64,000 nucleotides of DNA, from contig NC_086097.1 in assembly GCF_963921235.1 (NCBI RefSeq), forward strand, positions 97,342,001 through 97,406,000, in the 5' to 3' direction. Every line of letters starts with the position of its first letter. Position 1 is the first letter of the stretch. The notes under the pieces are model-generated. The model had not been told where the DNA came from and searched no databases. It saw only the letters and a program-made list of their open reading frames with translations. Position numbers and translations under genes: made by a program. Origin of the DNA: Mobula hypostoma (taxonomy: Eukaryota). Below, piece after piece: positions 26,640-40,070 of this stretch.

Positions 26640-28882
26640 CAACTGGAAAAATCAGGTTGGAAATAGACCTCATGAGAGTGAATTTGTTGAATGTCTATGA
26701 GATGGCTTTTCAGAGCAGTTTATCATTGAGCATTCTTGCTACATTGGATTGGATGTTATGTAATGAACCGGAGCTGATTAGGGAGCTTAAGGTAGAAGAA
26801 CCCTAAAGAGGCAGTGATCACAATATGACTGAGTTTAACTTGAAATTTGATAATGAGAAAGTAAAGTCTGATGTCGCAGTATTTCAGTGGAGTAAAGGAA
26901 ATTACAATGGTATGAGAGAGGAGGTGGCCAAAGTGAATTGGAAGGCGATACTGGCAGGGATGACAACAGAGCAGCAATGGTGTGAGTTTCTGGGAAAATG
27001 AGGAAGGTGCTGGATAGATGTATTCCAAAAACAAAGAAATACTCAAATTGCAAAATAGTACAACCATGGCTGACAAGGTAAGTCAAAGCTAATGTAAAAG
27101 CAAAAGACAAAAGAGAGGGCACACAACAAAGCAAAAATTAGTGGGAAGACAGAGGATTGGGAAGCTTATAAAGCCCTACAGAAAATAACCAAAAAAATCA
27201 TTAGGAGGGAAAAGATGAAATCTAAAACCAAGCTAGCAAGCAATATCAAAGTGGATAGTGAAAGCTTTTTCAACTATGTAAAAAATAAAAGCAAGATGAG
27301 AGTGAATATAGGACCACTAGAAAATGAGGCCAGAGAAATAATAACAGGGGTCAAGGAGATGGCAGGTGAACTAATGAGTATTTTGCATCAGTCTTCACTG
27401 AGGAAGACACCAGCAGTGTGCCAGATGTTGAAGGGTGCGAGAGAAATGAGTGCAGTTACTATTACAAGGGAGAAGGTGCTCGAAAAGCTGAACGACCTAA
27501 GGGTACATAAGTCACCCGGACCAGACGAACTGCACCCTAGGGTTCTAAAAGAGATAGCTGTAGAGATAGGACAAAGATAGGACAAGGTCGGTATGGTTTC
27601 CTTAAGCGAAAATCTTGCCTGAGAAACCTGTAGGAATTGTTTGAGATTACAAGTTGGATCGATAAGGGGGATGCTGTGGATGTTGTATATTTAGACTTAC
27701 AGAAGGCCTTTGACAAGGTGCCACACGTGAGGCTGCTTACCAAATTAAGAACTCATGGTGTTACAAGAAACTACTGGCATGGTTAGAGCGATGGCTGATT
27801 GGTTGGAGGCAGTGAGTGGAGATAAAAGGATCCTTTTCTGGTTTGCTGCCAGTGATTAGTGGTGCTCCGCAAGGGTCGGTGTTGGGACTGCTTCTTTTAT
27901 GCCGTATATCAATGATTTAGATGATGGAATAGGTAGCTATTTTGCCAAGATTGCAGATGATACAAAGATTGGTGGAGGGGCAAGTAGTGTTGAGGAAACA
28001 GGTAGGCTGCAGAAGGACTTAGATTAGGAGAATGGGCAAGAAAGTGACTAGTAAAATACAATGTTGGAAAATGAATGGTCTACTTTGGTAGTAGAAATAA
28101 ATTTGCAGACTATTTTCTAAACAGGGAGAAAATCCAGGAATCTCAGATGCAAAGGAACTTGGGAGTCCTTGTGCAGAACAACCTTAAGGTTAACTTGCAG
28201 GTTGAATTGGTGGTGAGGAAGGCAAATGCAGTGTTAGCATTCATTTCAAGAGGTCTAGAATACAAGAGCAGGGATGTGATGCTGAGGCTTTATAAGGCAC
28301 TGGTGAAGCCTCACCTCGAGTATTGTGAACAGTTTTTGGGCTCCTCATCGAAGAAAAGATGTGCTGACATTGGAGAGGGTCAGAGGAAGTTCACAAGGAT
28401 GATTCTGGGAATGAAAAGGTTATCATGTGAGGAACGTTTGACAGCTCTGGGTCTGTACTTGCTGGAATTCAGAAGGATGAGGGGGTTCTCATTGAAACCG
28501 TTCAAATATTGAAAGGCCTAGACAGAGTAGATGTGGAAAGGATGTTTCCCATGGTGGGGTGATGGGGGTGGTCTATGACAAGAGGGCACAGCCTCAGGAT
28601 AAAGGGCACCCACTTAAGACAGAGATGCAGAGAAATTTTTTTAGCTAGAAGGTGGTGAATTTGTGGAATTTATTACCACAGGCAGCTGTGGACACCAGGT
28701 TGTTGGGTGTATTTAAGGCAGAGCAGGACAGGTTCTTGTTGGGACATGACATCAAAGGTTACAGGGAGAAGACTGGGGTGTGGAGCTGAGGAGGGGAAAA
28801 GAGGATCAGCCATGGTGGAATGATGACGCAGTCTCAATGGGCCAAATGGCCTAATTCTGCCCCTAGGTCTCATGGTCTTATG
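26640..28882 (+). mobile_element. CR1 LINE ORF2 fragment, degenerate
   Basis: KSPGPDELHPRVLKE, YLDLQKAFDKV, PQGSVLG, IADDTK, LYKALVKPHLEYC; 3' tail tggtcttatggt. Confidence 0.9.
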
Positions 28883-28929
28883 GTTGTAGAAACTATGCTC
28901 TGTTCATCCAGGTTCAAGCCAGTAACATA

Positions 28930-29495
28930 TACTCAGTGGCACCTCATCAGGTACTTCCTTACTGAATAAAGAGGCTACTGGATGTACAGCCTGTCCGTGG
29001 TGTGGCCCATCCCCTTCAAGTTCAACGTGTAATGTGTTCAGAGATGCTCTTCTGCATATCACTGTAGTAACACATGGTTATTTCAGTTATTGTCGCCTTC
29101 CTGTCAGCTTGGACCAATCTGGCCATTCTCCCTTGACCTCACTCTCTCAGTAGCAAGACGTTTTCACCCACAGAGCTGGTGCTCACTGGATGTTTCTTTT
29201 GTTTTTGTCCCATTCTCTGTAAACTTGAGAAAATCTTGTGTGTGAAAATCCCCAGGAGATCAGCAGTTTCTGAGGTACTCAAACTATCCTGTCTGACACC
29301 AACAATCATTCCACATTAAAAGTAATTCATATCACATTTCTTCCCCATTCTGACGATGGGTCTGAACAACAACTGAATCTCTTGACCATGTCTGCATGCT
29401 CTTATGTGTTGAGTTTCTGCCACATGATTGGATGATTTGATATTTCCACTAATGAACAGATGTGCAGGTGTACCTAATAAAGTGGCCACTGAGTG
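28930..29495. mobile_element. Non-autonomous Tc1/mariner-like element
   Basis: TIR (c)actcagtggc.ac.t.at.aggtac / gtacctaataaagtggccactgagtg; TA at the left flank. Confidence 0.7.
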
Positions 29496-30724
29496 CATAT
29501 TTATAATACCAGGATGCCCCCACTCCCTAGAAATGGCCTAACGGAAATTTACCTTATAGTTCTCTTTGATCAAAAGTGCACCTTTTTTACCACAACTCTG
29601 CTTCCTGTCACTCAGCTAACTTTCTATCCATGTTACGGTAGCCTGTTTTATTCTTAACGACAGCCCAACTACCTGATGCTTCATTCTATGCCTTTTGACA
29701 GTCAATGCATACCATATTAACCACATATGCTCAGCAATCCCCCTCCCCATTATATAATCAATTCAACATGCCTTGCCTTTCATAAGTCTATTAGTTTTCT
29801 GTTATTGTCACACTTTGTCGAAGTGTTAGTTCTGAGACTGATTATCATTTGCAAGGCTTTCCCACACTGACGTTAATCTGCCTGATCTAGGATTGCTAGG
29901 TTTATCCTTGCATCCCTTTTTAGCAAAAATACAGTATATCCTATTCTCTAGTCCTCAGATGCACCCCAAAGCTGTAGATGTTGGAAGATTCTGACCACAA
30001 CTTCACAATTTCCTCACATACGATCTATCTGGACCAGATGATTTATCCACATTCAGTTCAGCTGGCATTTATGGCATATCCTCTTTTTCAACATCTCCCC
30101 AGAATGGAGCCTCATCTTCCTTTGCTGAGACTCTGACAGTATCAGCTCCTGGGTGGATACGGATTTTTTTCGTCAAGGTTTGAAATGCACTGCCTGAAAG
30201 TCAGGGAGTGCAGGAGCCTTCAAATGAGAACTAGATAAATCTTCAAGAGCAAGGGGAAAGGAGAAGGACAGTAGAACAAGTTTCTAGAAATAGTGCATAT
30301 AGACTTAATGGTGTGGTCCCCTTCTCCCCCCTAATTTCTTCGGAATTATGATGCAACTAAGAGATTGAAGCAAAATTTCTGAAGGTACTGTTTTGAAGAC
30401 TAGAGCTGATCCTGTCATTTAGCTCAGGGATTTTATTTGAATCCCCTGGCACTAAACCTGAATGACAAATGATTGCAAACCAACACCAATGCTTGCAAAG
30501 CTTTTTCAGACAGTCAGAGTCACCTCCACCCTGAGAAGACCAGTGCAGGCTTTCTCTGCCGATATAGGCCATGGACAATACTTCGAGGCTGCATTGCAGA
30601 AATCATGTCTATAACCAAAATGGGCAATCTTTGCTTTTGATAAATATAACTTCTGCTTTCACACCAGAACCGAGCATTCGGCCATAGTCCACAGCTTCCA
30701 AAAATGCAGCCATCCATTCATCGA

Positions 30725-30902
30725 AAACAAGAGAATATCTGCAGATGCTGGAAATCCAAGCAACACACACAAAATGCTGGAGGAACTCAACAGGCCAGGC
30801 AGCATCCATGGAAAAGAGTACAGTCCTACTGAAGGGTCTCGGCCCGAAATGTCACCTGTACTCTTCCATGCTGAGTTCCTCCAGCATTTTGTGTGTGTTG
30901 CA
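30725..30902. mobile_element. PLE-derived fold-back minielement
   Basis: caacacacacaaaatgctggaggaactca ... tgagttcctccagcattttgtgtgtgttg inverted arms around a decayed hammerhead. Confidence 0.7.
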
Positions 30903-32475
30903 TTCTTTCCATTATGATGGTGTAAGAGTTAAATCATTGGATGTGTGCTTCAGGATATGAGTTCCACTCTCACCATGTGGCTGTCGAATTTAAATCTTTT
31001 AATTGTAGTCTGAAATTACCTTAAGAATGCGACTTATTAGTTATGCTGTCCGCAAAACTACTGAAATGTTGTTAAAAACCCATCCAGTTCTGTAAAACAG
31101 ACAAACAAACTTGCCTTCCTTACCCAGGATGACTTCAGACCCCAGCAATGGAACTGACTCCAAAATACTCGAGTGTAGTTTCAATGCCAGAACAAAATTC
31201 CTCTGCCAACTCCACAATGCCAGAGGAAAGGTGTTTTTGTGCATTTGTTTCTGTGTGAGGTGCAAATATTCGATCATGGTTTTGTTCTGGATTTTGAGAC
31301 TGAATTCATATCTCACTAATTTGACTGATCATTTTTCAGAACCAAGAAGATTAATGAACACGTGCATGGGCTTTAACCGAGCACGGACAAGGCGATAGGA
31401 AACAGAGGATGGTGGTAGAAGGATGATTTTGTAATTGGATATCTGAGACTAGTTATGTATGACAGGGATCAATGCTGAGACCTTAGTGTGTGAAGAAAGG
31501 ATTAGTAAATTCATGGAAGACACAAAATTTGGTAATAGTGATATAATGGGGAAGGTTCTCTAAGGTTACAGAGGATATAAATCAGATGGAAGGAAGGCTG
31601 ATTTTAGTAGATGGCGTTTAATCCTGATGCATTTTGATAAGTCAAACAGGGACAAGACATCGACATTAAATGGTAGGGCACCAGAGAGTGTTGATGACCA
31701 GAAAGTCTTTAGGGTTGAATTCTGTTTTCCCTGAAGGTTGCAACACACGTTGATGAGGGAGTGATGAGGGAGTGAAGAGGGCATGTGGCATGGCAGCATG
31801 CACCATTCTCAACTTCACAAATTGGGACATAGAGTATAAAGCTGGGACATTACATTTGACTTTACAAAACTCGGATTAGGACACAGAGTATTGTCAGTGC
31901 AGTTGTGGTCAGAACACGACAGGAGGAACCTGTTTGCAATGACAAGAATACAAAAATTATCATCAAAATGTCACCTAGTTTGGAGGATTTTAGTTATGAG
32001 GACAGATTGTAAGACCAGATTGTTTGCCTTGAAGAGAAGAAGGCCAGGAGTGATCTGATAGGTGTACAGTATACAAGATTATGAGAGGCAGGGTAGATAG
32101 TCAAAATACTTCACCTGTGATAAGGACGTCACAAACATGTAGGCAGAGGTTTAAGCTGGGCAAAATAGTCAGCATGCATGTGATAGCCAGAAAGGCCTGC
32201 TTCTGAACTGCACAATGCTATGAAACCTAGAATCATGGAAATTTATTGCACAGGGGTCCAGCCATCAGTCCTACTATCTACCACGTTTCCACATTTCACC
32301 AGATAACTTTAAACCTTACCCTCTACCACTATTTTCCAGCATTGTGCTTCAGATGAAAACTCTCTTTCCTCCTCTCCCCTCTTAAACCATCTTCCAGTTC
32401 TGAGACATAACAATGTTGGCAAGCACTGTATTCTTCCTGTGTACAGCTTCCCGATTATGTCTCCTCTTGGTTTCC

Positions 32476-33205
32476 AATCAGAATCAGCTTTCATATCATT
32501 GGCAAAAGTCGCGAAATGTGTTAACTTTGCAGCAGCAGTACAGTGCAATGCATAATAAAAGAAAAACACCTGCGAATTACAATATATATATATATAAAAT
32601 GTTTAAATTACTAAGTACTGCAAAAACAGAAATAAAAAAGTAGTGAGGTAGTGTTCATGGGTTCAATGTCCATTGAGAAATTGGATGGCAGAGGGGGAAG
32701 AAGCTGTTCCTGAATGACTGAGTGGGTGCCTTCAGGCTCCTGTACCTCCTTCCTGATGGTAGCAATGAGAACAAGGCATGGCCTGGGTGATGGGGTGCTT
32801 AATGAAGGACGTCACGTTTGTGAAGCATCGCTCCTTGAAGATGTCTTGGATACTGCGAAGGTGAGTGCCCATGATGGATCTGACTAAGTTTACAGCTGTC
32901 TACAACTTCAATCCATTGTGGGGGCTACTGCAATGGATTGAATTAAGCTGCAGAGAGTTGTGAACTTAGTCAGCTCCATCATGGGCACTAGCCTTCGTTC
33001 CAGACAGTGATGCAGGCAGTTAGAATGCTCTCCACAGTGCATCTGAAGAAACTTGCGAGTGTTTTTGGTGAATCACCAAATCTCCCCAAACTTCTGATAA
33101 AACACAACTGCTGTCTTGCCTTCTTTGTAACTGCATCAGTATTTTGGGTTCAGATTAGATCCTCAGGGATATTGACAGCCAGGACCATGAAATTACTCAC
33201 TCTCT
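32476..33205 (-). mobile_element. Rex/Babar LINE 3' fragment (with an internal inversion near 32915-32995)
   Basis: Reverse complement of the 39100-39650 tail (aatcagaatcag...cagcagtacagtgcaa). Confidence 0.65.
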
Positions 33206-33458
33206 AAAATATCTAAAATAAAGATAATTTACCCTGGTAACATCCTTGGGAACCCTCTTTCTTGCTACCTCAATCTTCCACTAAGTATGTTCAATGGAAG
33301 CACAAAAATGAGATCCACAACTTTTTGTAAGTTAGTAACGAGGTATATACTGGTGCTGAGGTTAATTCTACTGACTTCCAAACATGAGTGCTGTTGCCAA
33401 GGTTGAAAACTCTCACCATATAGAATGAGGCTCACAGAGCAATCCCATCAGTTTTACT

Positions 33459-33562
33459 GAGTTTATATATGGTGTTTGAGCTGAGAGTTTATATATGGTG
33501 TTTGAGCTGTGAGTTTATATATGGTGTTCGAGCTGTCAGTTTATATATGGCGTTTGAGCTGT
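33459..33562. repeat. 26-bp tandem repeat, 4 copies
   Basis: gagtttatatatggtgtttgagctg(a/t), at the edge of a Rex RT fragment. Confidence 0.9.
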
Positions 33563-34084
33563 GACACTCAGTCATGAGGGTGATCAAATAGAGCAGTGGG
33601 TTAAGCACACATCCTAGAGGAGCTTTTGTGTTGATGATCAGCAATGAGGAGATGTTATTAGCAATCCTAATTGACTGTCCTCTCCCGATGAGAAGGTCAA
33701 GGATCCAATTGCAAAGGAAGGCACAGAGGCCCAGGTTTGAAAACTTGTCAATTAGTACTGTGAGAGTGGATGACTAAGTTGAATGCCAAGCAGTAATGCG
33801 TGTACGCCATGTGTGAAAACATGATTATACTGTGTGTGTATGTACATGTGCGCATGTTCTATGTAAGTGTACATATGCGTATGTGCCCATGCAAATGTGT
33901 ATTGGAAGAATTTAAATAAAAAATAGAAAAGAATGGATTAAAAGTTCCAACTTCAGATCTGATTCCTTGGAATTAACATTGGATTTTCAACATTGGAGAG
34001 CTAAGAATATACAATACAGAATTACCAAATGATGAATTACTGTTTTCCATCCCTATGCAAAGGGATGGTAGGATTTGGCAAATT

Positions 34085-34465
34085 TCTCCCCACTTCCCCA
34101 CTCCTCTATTCCACACTCTGGCCTCTTACCTCTTCTCATTTGCCTATTACTTCCCCTTGGGTCCCCTCCTCTTTCCCTTTCTCCTACAGTCCACTCTCCT
34201 CTTCTATCAGATTCCTTCTTCTCCAGCCCATGACCTTTCCCACCCACCTGGCTACACCTATCACCTTCCAGCTAGCCTCCTTCCCCTCCCCCCACGTTCT
34301 TATTCTGGCACCTTCCTCCCTCCTTCTCAGTCCTGAAGAAGGCTCTCGGTCCAAAACATTAAATGTTTATTCATTTCCATAGATGCTGCCTGACCCGCTG
34401 AGTTCCTCCAGCATTTTGTATGTGTTGCTCTGGATTTCCACCACCTGCAGACTTTTTTGTGTTTA
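34085..34465 (+). mobile_element. PLE 3' UTR fragment (a similar fragment lies at ~34970-35380)
   Basis: Pyrimidine-rich UTR, decayed hammerhead, and the gatgctgcctgacccgctgagttcctccagc terminus. Confidence 0.7.
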
Positions 34466-35475
34466 TGATTTGGCATTTTCCCTTATCACTCTGCTATCTT
34501 AAATGTTCTACATGCATTAAGGATGGGTAAGGATCAATACATTTGAGCTGTGTCCTCCGCCAGAAGCAGCAGTTGTTGGTGGAATGAGTGGGGGTAGTGG
34601 GCAAGGCACGAGATTGTGTTTAGAATCTTCTATCCTTAGGCAGACCATTCTGTGATTGGAAAGGTTAACTTCCTAATTCTAACAATCAGTAATCTCCAAC
34701 AGAAGGTCTGGTGATGAATCCAAAAGGATTCTCCTCCACCCCTATAGCTGTTTGGATAATCATTTAAATTGAGATATAAGGTTGGTGATATCAATATAAA
34801 ACTTGGGAATAACTTTTTAAAAAATTATTCCACTGTATACTAAGGCCCCTCACTATTTGAAAGAGGTAGAGATAAGGTCTTCACATGGATAGCAAAAAAA
34901 AGCAATACCTCTCAGGCCACTGCCTGTGCCGATTTACCTTAAGCAACAATCCCTCCCCGATAAAACAATTTCTGAAGGTGGCCAAATGTTTTACTCTCAA
35001 TTCTCATTCCTGTTCTCACATTTTGGTCCACGGCCTCCCCTCTGGGTGGAGGAACACCATCATATATTCTACCTCAGTAGCCTCCAACTTGTTACCCCTT
35101 CCCACCTACTTAACACTTCCCCGGGGTCCCTTCCTCATTGCATTTCTCCTATAGTCCACTCCTCTCCGACCAGATTTCTTCCTCTCCAGCCCTTTACCTT
35201 TCCTATCCACCTGGCTTCACATATCACCTTCTAGCTATCCTCCCTCCACCTTTTCCTCCCTCCATCTTCCCTCTTCATTTCCAGGCCTGAAGAAGTGTCT
35301 CAGCCCGAAAAGTCGACTGTTTATTCAGTTCCATAGATGCTGCCCGGCCTGCTGGGTCCCTCTGGCATTTTATATGTGTAACTTCTGAATCAGTTTCAGT
35401 TTGTATGTTCCATCTTGTCGCACAAACAGATACTTTTGATTTATTGCAGCATTACATGCTTTGAGCTTTACTCAC

Positions 35476-35800
35476 CATCCGCGACAGCTGTGGCCCACAT
35501 TGCAACAGCAAACTGCAGAGGTGGCAACACATCTGCCCATGCTCCTGACTTGCTACTGTTCCTGACCCTGACCCCAGTTTTGGCTGCAAACCTACCCATA
35601 TTCCCAAACCCTGCCCTGGTGCTCTTAACCTTTGCCCTGGCTGTAAACCTATGCACATTCCCCAGCCGCACTCCAGGGCCCAGCCAGCCCAGTCTGCACA
35701 TCCAGCCCCCACTCACTGAAGCTTCAGCCTTGGTACAACTGCTTAAACCGCTGACTTTGGAATACAAACAAAATCAAATCAGCTGCCAATGCTTTTTATA
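35476..35800 (-). promoter_or_regulatory. Candidate TATA promoter plus alternative first exon of CAPN3
   Basis: TATAAAAA at 35800-35793; CAGCTG E-boxes at ~35780 and ~35485. First downstream ATG at 35701 is open for 75 codons to a consensus donor GATG|gtgagt at 35476, phase 1, matching the exon 3 acceptor phase. Confidence 0.3.
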
Positions 35801-36889
35801 GCTCATATAGGCTTTCACCAGCAGACACCACTGACCATTAAGTCTATGGAATGCTGACATATCAAACTAAACCATGGGCAACTCTAATTAAAGGGTAATA
35901 TTTTGGTTTTACGCTGCAGAACTACTAAACATATCACTTTAATATGAAGTCAGGGATTGGGGAAAGAAGATGAGAACTGGAAACCCTTTAACCATGCTTT
36001 CAACGTTCCAAGAGATCTCACACGATAGCTGTTTGCTATGGGAGCGGCATGGTAGTGTATCAGCTACCTGCAGAGTGAGTAACCCAGTTTTAATGCCACC
36101 GCTGTCTCTAAGGAGTTTTCACATTCTCCCATGCTCTTGTGGGTCTCCTCCAGCTGGTCGGGCTTCCTCCCACATTCCAAGGACCTGCAGGCTAGCAGGT
36201 TAATCGGCCGTATGGATGCAATTGAGTTACCCGGACTCAGTGAGTCGCAAGGGTCTGTTACCCCGGTGTATCTCTTTCCTTCCTTTTTAATCTTTTTATT
36301 AGTTTTCAAGTTCATAAACATAATAACAATAGTGATATAAAGAGATTGGAATTACATTATTGATAATAAACATATACAAGAGAAACTACAGATAGTACAA
36401 GTGTAATAGACTTCCAAACTCTTGACATAATTAATCATGAAGCGAAAAAAAATAAAGAGAAAAAAGTATCACAAAGAAAAACCCCCCCAAAAAATTTAAA
36501 AAAAAACAAACAGAACAAAACAAGGCTGAGCCAATATATTAGATCGAATACATTCATTAATGAAGTCAACTCCGCTCCTCTATTCATATATTCTAAGTTA
36601 ATAAAAAGGATTCGGAAAAGGTCAAACTACATCATATGAAAAATAAAATAAATAACATTTCCTCCAATAAATCTATGAGCCAAAGATGCTCTTCACTGGA
36701 AAAGAGACAACTTTCAGGGGTCTTCAAGAGGCAAGAAGGTTGATACCTAACGTGAAGGAAATGGCACTGATAAGTGATGACTGTATGTAGATCATCAGAC
36801 ATTCCTGTTTAGGACAACTACAGCTGAAATCCAGTCACAGCCATGGGTATTTCAGTAAGTGCAACATTTCAAGATGTTTAAAATCTATC

Positions 36890-39657
36890 ACGAGTATGGG
36901 TCCCCTTTAAGAGAACGGAAGCGGGAACGCTGCATCGGTCAACAGGTATGGGTGAATCACTGAGGCCATAGACCTCCTCTACTGACTATCCTGCTAGTGA
37001 ATGTACAGTCTCTGGAAAATAAAACTGAAAACCTCAAAGCAAGATAGTGATACCAGAGGGACATCAAGACTACTGTGTGCATTGCTTCATGGAAACATGG
37101 CTAAGTCCCACCATTTCAACACAACACTGCAGCCCGATGGCTTCACCATTCTCCACAAAGACATGACAACTGAGTCTTTTATAGGCAGAGGAGGTGGGGT
37201 ATGCTTTATGATTAACTCATCATGGTGCACAGATGTGGCAGTTCTTTCTCAGTCCTACTCGCTCAACCTGGAACGTCTAGTGGTCAAATGTCAGCTACTT
37301 TATCTGCTGAGGAAGTTTTATGCCATTATCCAATTAGTGGTATATGTTCCACTTCAGACCAATGTCAAACAGGCACTGGATGAGCTGAGTAACATAATCA
37401 GCAGATACAAAACTGCAGACCATGATGCCTTCCCGATCACTGTGGTGGACTTTAACCAGGCCAGCTTGAAGAAGTCTCTGAACAACTACCACCAATGTAT
37501 CACCTGTGGAATCAGAGGAGCCAACACACTTGACTACTGTTTCACCACCATCAATTACTGTGCCATCCCACACCCACACTTTGGAAGGCATATCACCTGG
37601 CTCTACTTCTACTGCTGGTGTACAGGCAGAGACTAAAGACCACAGCACCAATGGTGAGGAAGGTATGATCAAAGGAAGCAGAGGAACACTTACAGGACTG
37701 CTTTGAGCTGGTGGACTGGACAATATTCAGGGATTCATCTTCGAGTCTGAATGAATATGCCACAGTTGTCAGACTTCATCATGACCTGCACGTCTTCGAG
37801 AACATACCAGACATACCCAAACCAAAAGCAGTGGATGAACCAGAATATTCACAGAGGGGCTAGATCTGTGGCATTCAAACTGGTGATCAGAACAATACAA
37901 GAAGTCTGGATATAACTTACAGAAGGCTGTTTTAAGGGTGGAAAAACAATTCTGATTAAGGTTAGAGATGTCAGCTCTGGCAGGGTTTACAGGCCATTAC
38001 TTCCTGCAAAGTGAAACCTAACATCATGAATGGCTATGATGCTTCACTCCAGATGAGCTCAATGCTTTCAATGCAGACTTTGAAAAGGAGAATAAAACTA
38101 CAAATCCCTGCAGCATCTGATGACCCTGTGATCTCTTGACTCGGAGGCTGATGTCAAAACCTCTTTCAAGAGGGTGAACTGTCACAAGGCATCAGGCCCT
38201 GATAGTGTACCTGGTAGGGCTCCGAAAACCTCTGCCAACTAACTAGCAGCAGTGTTCAAGGACATCTTCAATCTCTCACTGTTGAAGATGGAGGTTGCCA
38301 CCTGCTTCAAAAGGGTGACAATCATACCAGTGCCCAAGAAAAGCAGGGTGAGCAGCCTCAACCACTATCACCCCAGTGGCACTCACATCTACTGTGATGA
38401 ACTGCTTTGAGAGGTTGGGCATGGCTGGAATCAACTCCTGTCTAAGCAAGGACTGGACCCCCTGCAATTTGCCAACAACCACAATAGGTAACCTCACTGG
38501 CTCGCCACTTGGACGAGGATCACCCCGACAATAGTAATAGTCAGACTGCTGTTTATTGATTATAGCTCAGTATTCTACACAATCATACCCGCAGTTCTAA
38601 TCAACAAGCTCCAAAACCTGGGCCTCTGTACCTCCCTCTGCAACTGGATCCTTGACATCCTCACTGGGAGACCACAGTCAGTGCGAATCAGAAATATCAT
38701 CTTCTCCTTGCTGGCAATCAACACTGGTGTACCTCAGGGATGTGTGCTTAGCCCACTGCTAAACACCCTCTACAATCACGATTGTGTGGCTCGGCAGAAG
38801 TCAAACGCCATCTATAAATTTGCTGTCGACATAACTATTGTTGGCAGAATTTCAGATGGTGACAATGTGGCATTCAGGAGCAAGATAGTCCAGCAACAAT
38901 CTTGCACTCAATGTCATCAAGACCAAAGAACTGATTGTGGACTTCAGGAAGGGGAAGTCAGGGAAGCTCACACTCGTCCTCATCGAGGGATCAGAAGTTG
39001 AAAGGGTGAACAGTTTCATGTTCCGGAGTATGAACATCTCTGAGAATCTATCCTGATCCCATCATATTGGTGCAATTACAAGGAATGCATGACAGAGGCT
39101 ATATTTCATTAGGAGTTAAGGGAGAATTGGTATATCACCAAAAACACTTGTAAATTTCTACAGGTGTACCATGGAGAGCATTCTAACTGGTTGTATCATT
39201 TGCATCATGGTCGGGCCACTGCACAGGATCAGACAACACTGCAGAAAGTTATAACCACCGCCAGCTCCATTATAGAAAACCGCCTCCCCATCAATGAGGA
39301 CACCTTTAAAGGGAGATGCCTCAAAGAGGTGCCATCCATCATTAAGGATTCCCATCACTTAGGATATGCCCTCTTCTCATTGTTACTATCAAGGAGGAAG
39401 TCCAGGAGCCTGAAGACACACACTGAACATTTCAGGAACAGCTACTTCCCCTCTGCCATCAGATTTCTGAATGGACATTAAACCCATGAACACTACCTCT
39501 GTATTTTTCCCTCTCTTTTTGCACTACCTATTTAATTTATTTTTATATATACTGATTGTAATTTATAGTTTTTATTATTATGTATTGCAATGTTCTACTG
39601 CTGCAAAACAACAAATTTCATGACATATGCCAGTGATAATAAACCTGATTCTGATTC
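36890..39657 (+). mobile_element. Rex1/Babar-type LINE, near full length, degenerate
   Basis: APE remnant (GRGGGVCFMINSSWC); RT ([15 protein letters not shown]...YKFAVD); tail aataaacctgattctgattc. Confidence 0.8.
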
Positions 39658-40070
39658 GCAATGGGTACCTCGGAGAAATGATGGCAGATATCAGAATGGG
39701 AAATGGCGTTGGAATCATTCGCATCTAATAATATCCGGTTTTTAAGGAGAAAAGAAAAGTTGTGACAGATTTCAGCACATTGTCTAGTCGGGGCATCCGT
39801 TCCCTTGATGCCGTTATCTGCCAGACTACAACCTGGCAAGTGACCAGGGACCCTGTCGAAACGAGCAAATCAAGGGGCTGATGCTGACTTCAGTACCGTG
39901 CGTAATATTTGTTTTAAAACCAAATCTGCTAAATTTTCTGAACCTGGAGCACTAACCCAGGACATGAGAAGGTATTACAAAATGGCACAAAGAATACCAT
40001 ATATTGACTCTACCAAAGACTGGATGTGATAAAATTTGTCAAATGTGTTTCCTTAATCAATATATAGAGG

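Noticed and set aside
19171..35320. Further hammerhead-like motifs at ~19175, ~22840, ~30825, ~34330 and ~35285
   Set aside because: Core or stem mutations; treated as decayed copies rather than functional RNAs.
39668..39775. 'EICHN...SDICHHFSE|gt', resembling exon 2
   Set aside because: Lacks QG and has wrong spacing. The donor is phase 0, and the phase-1 frame needed for exon 3 contains a stop.
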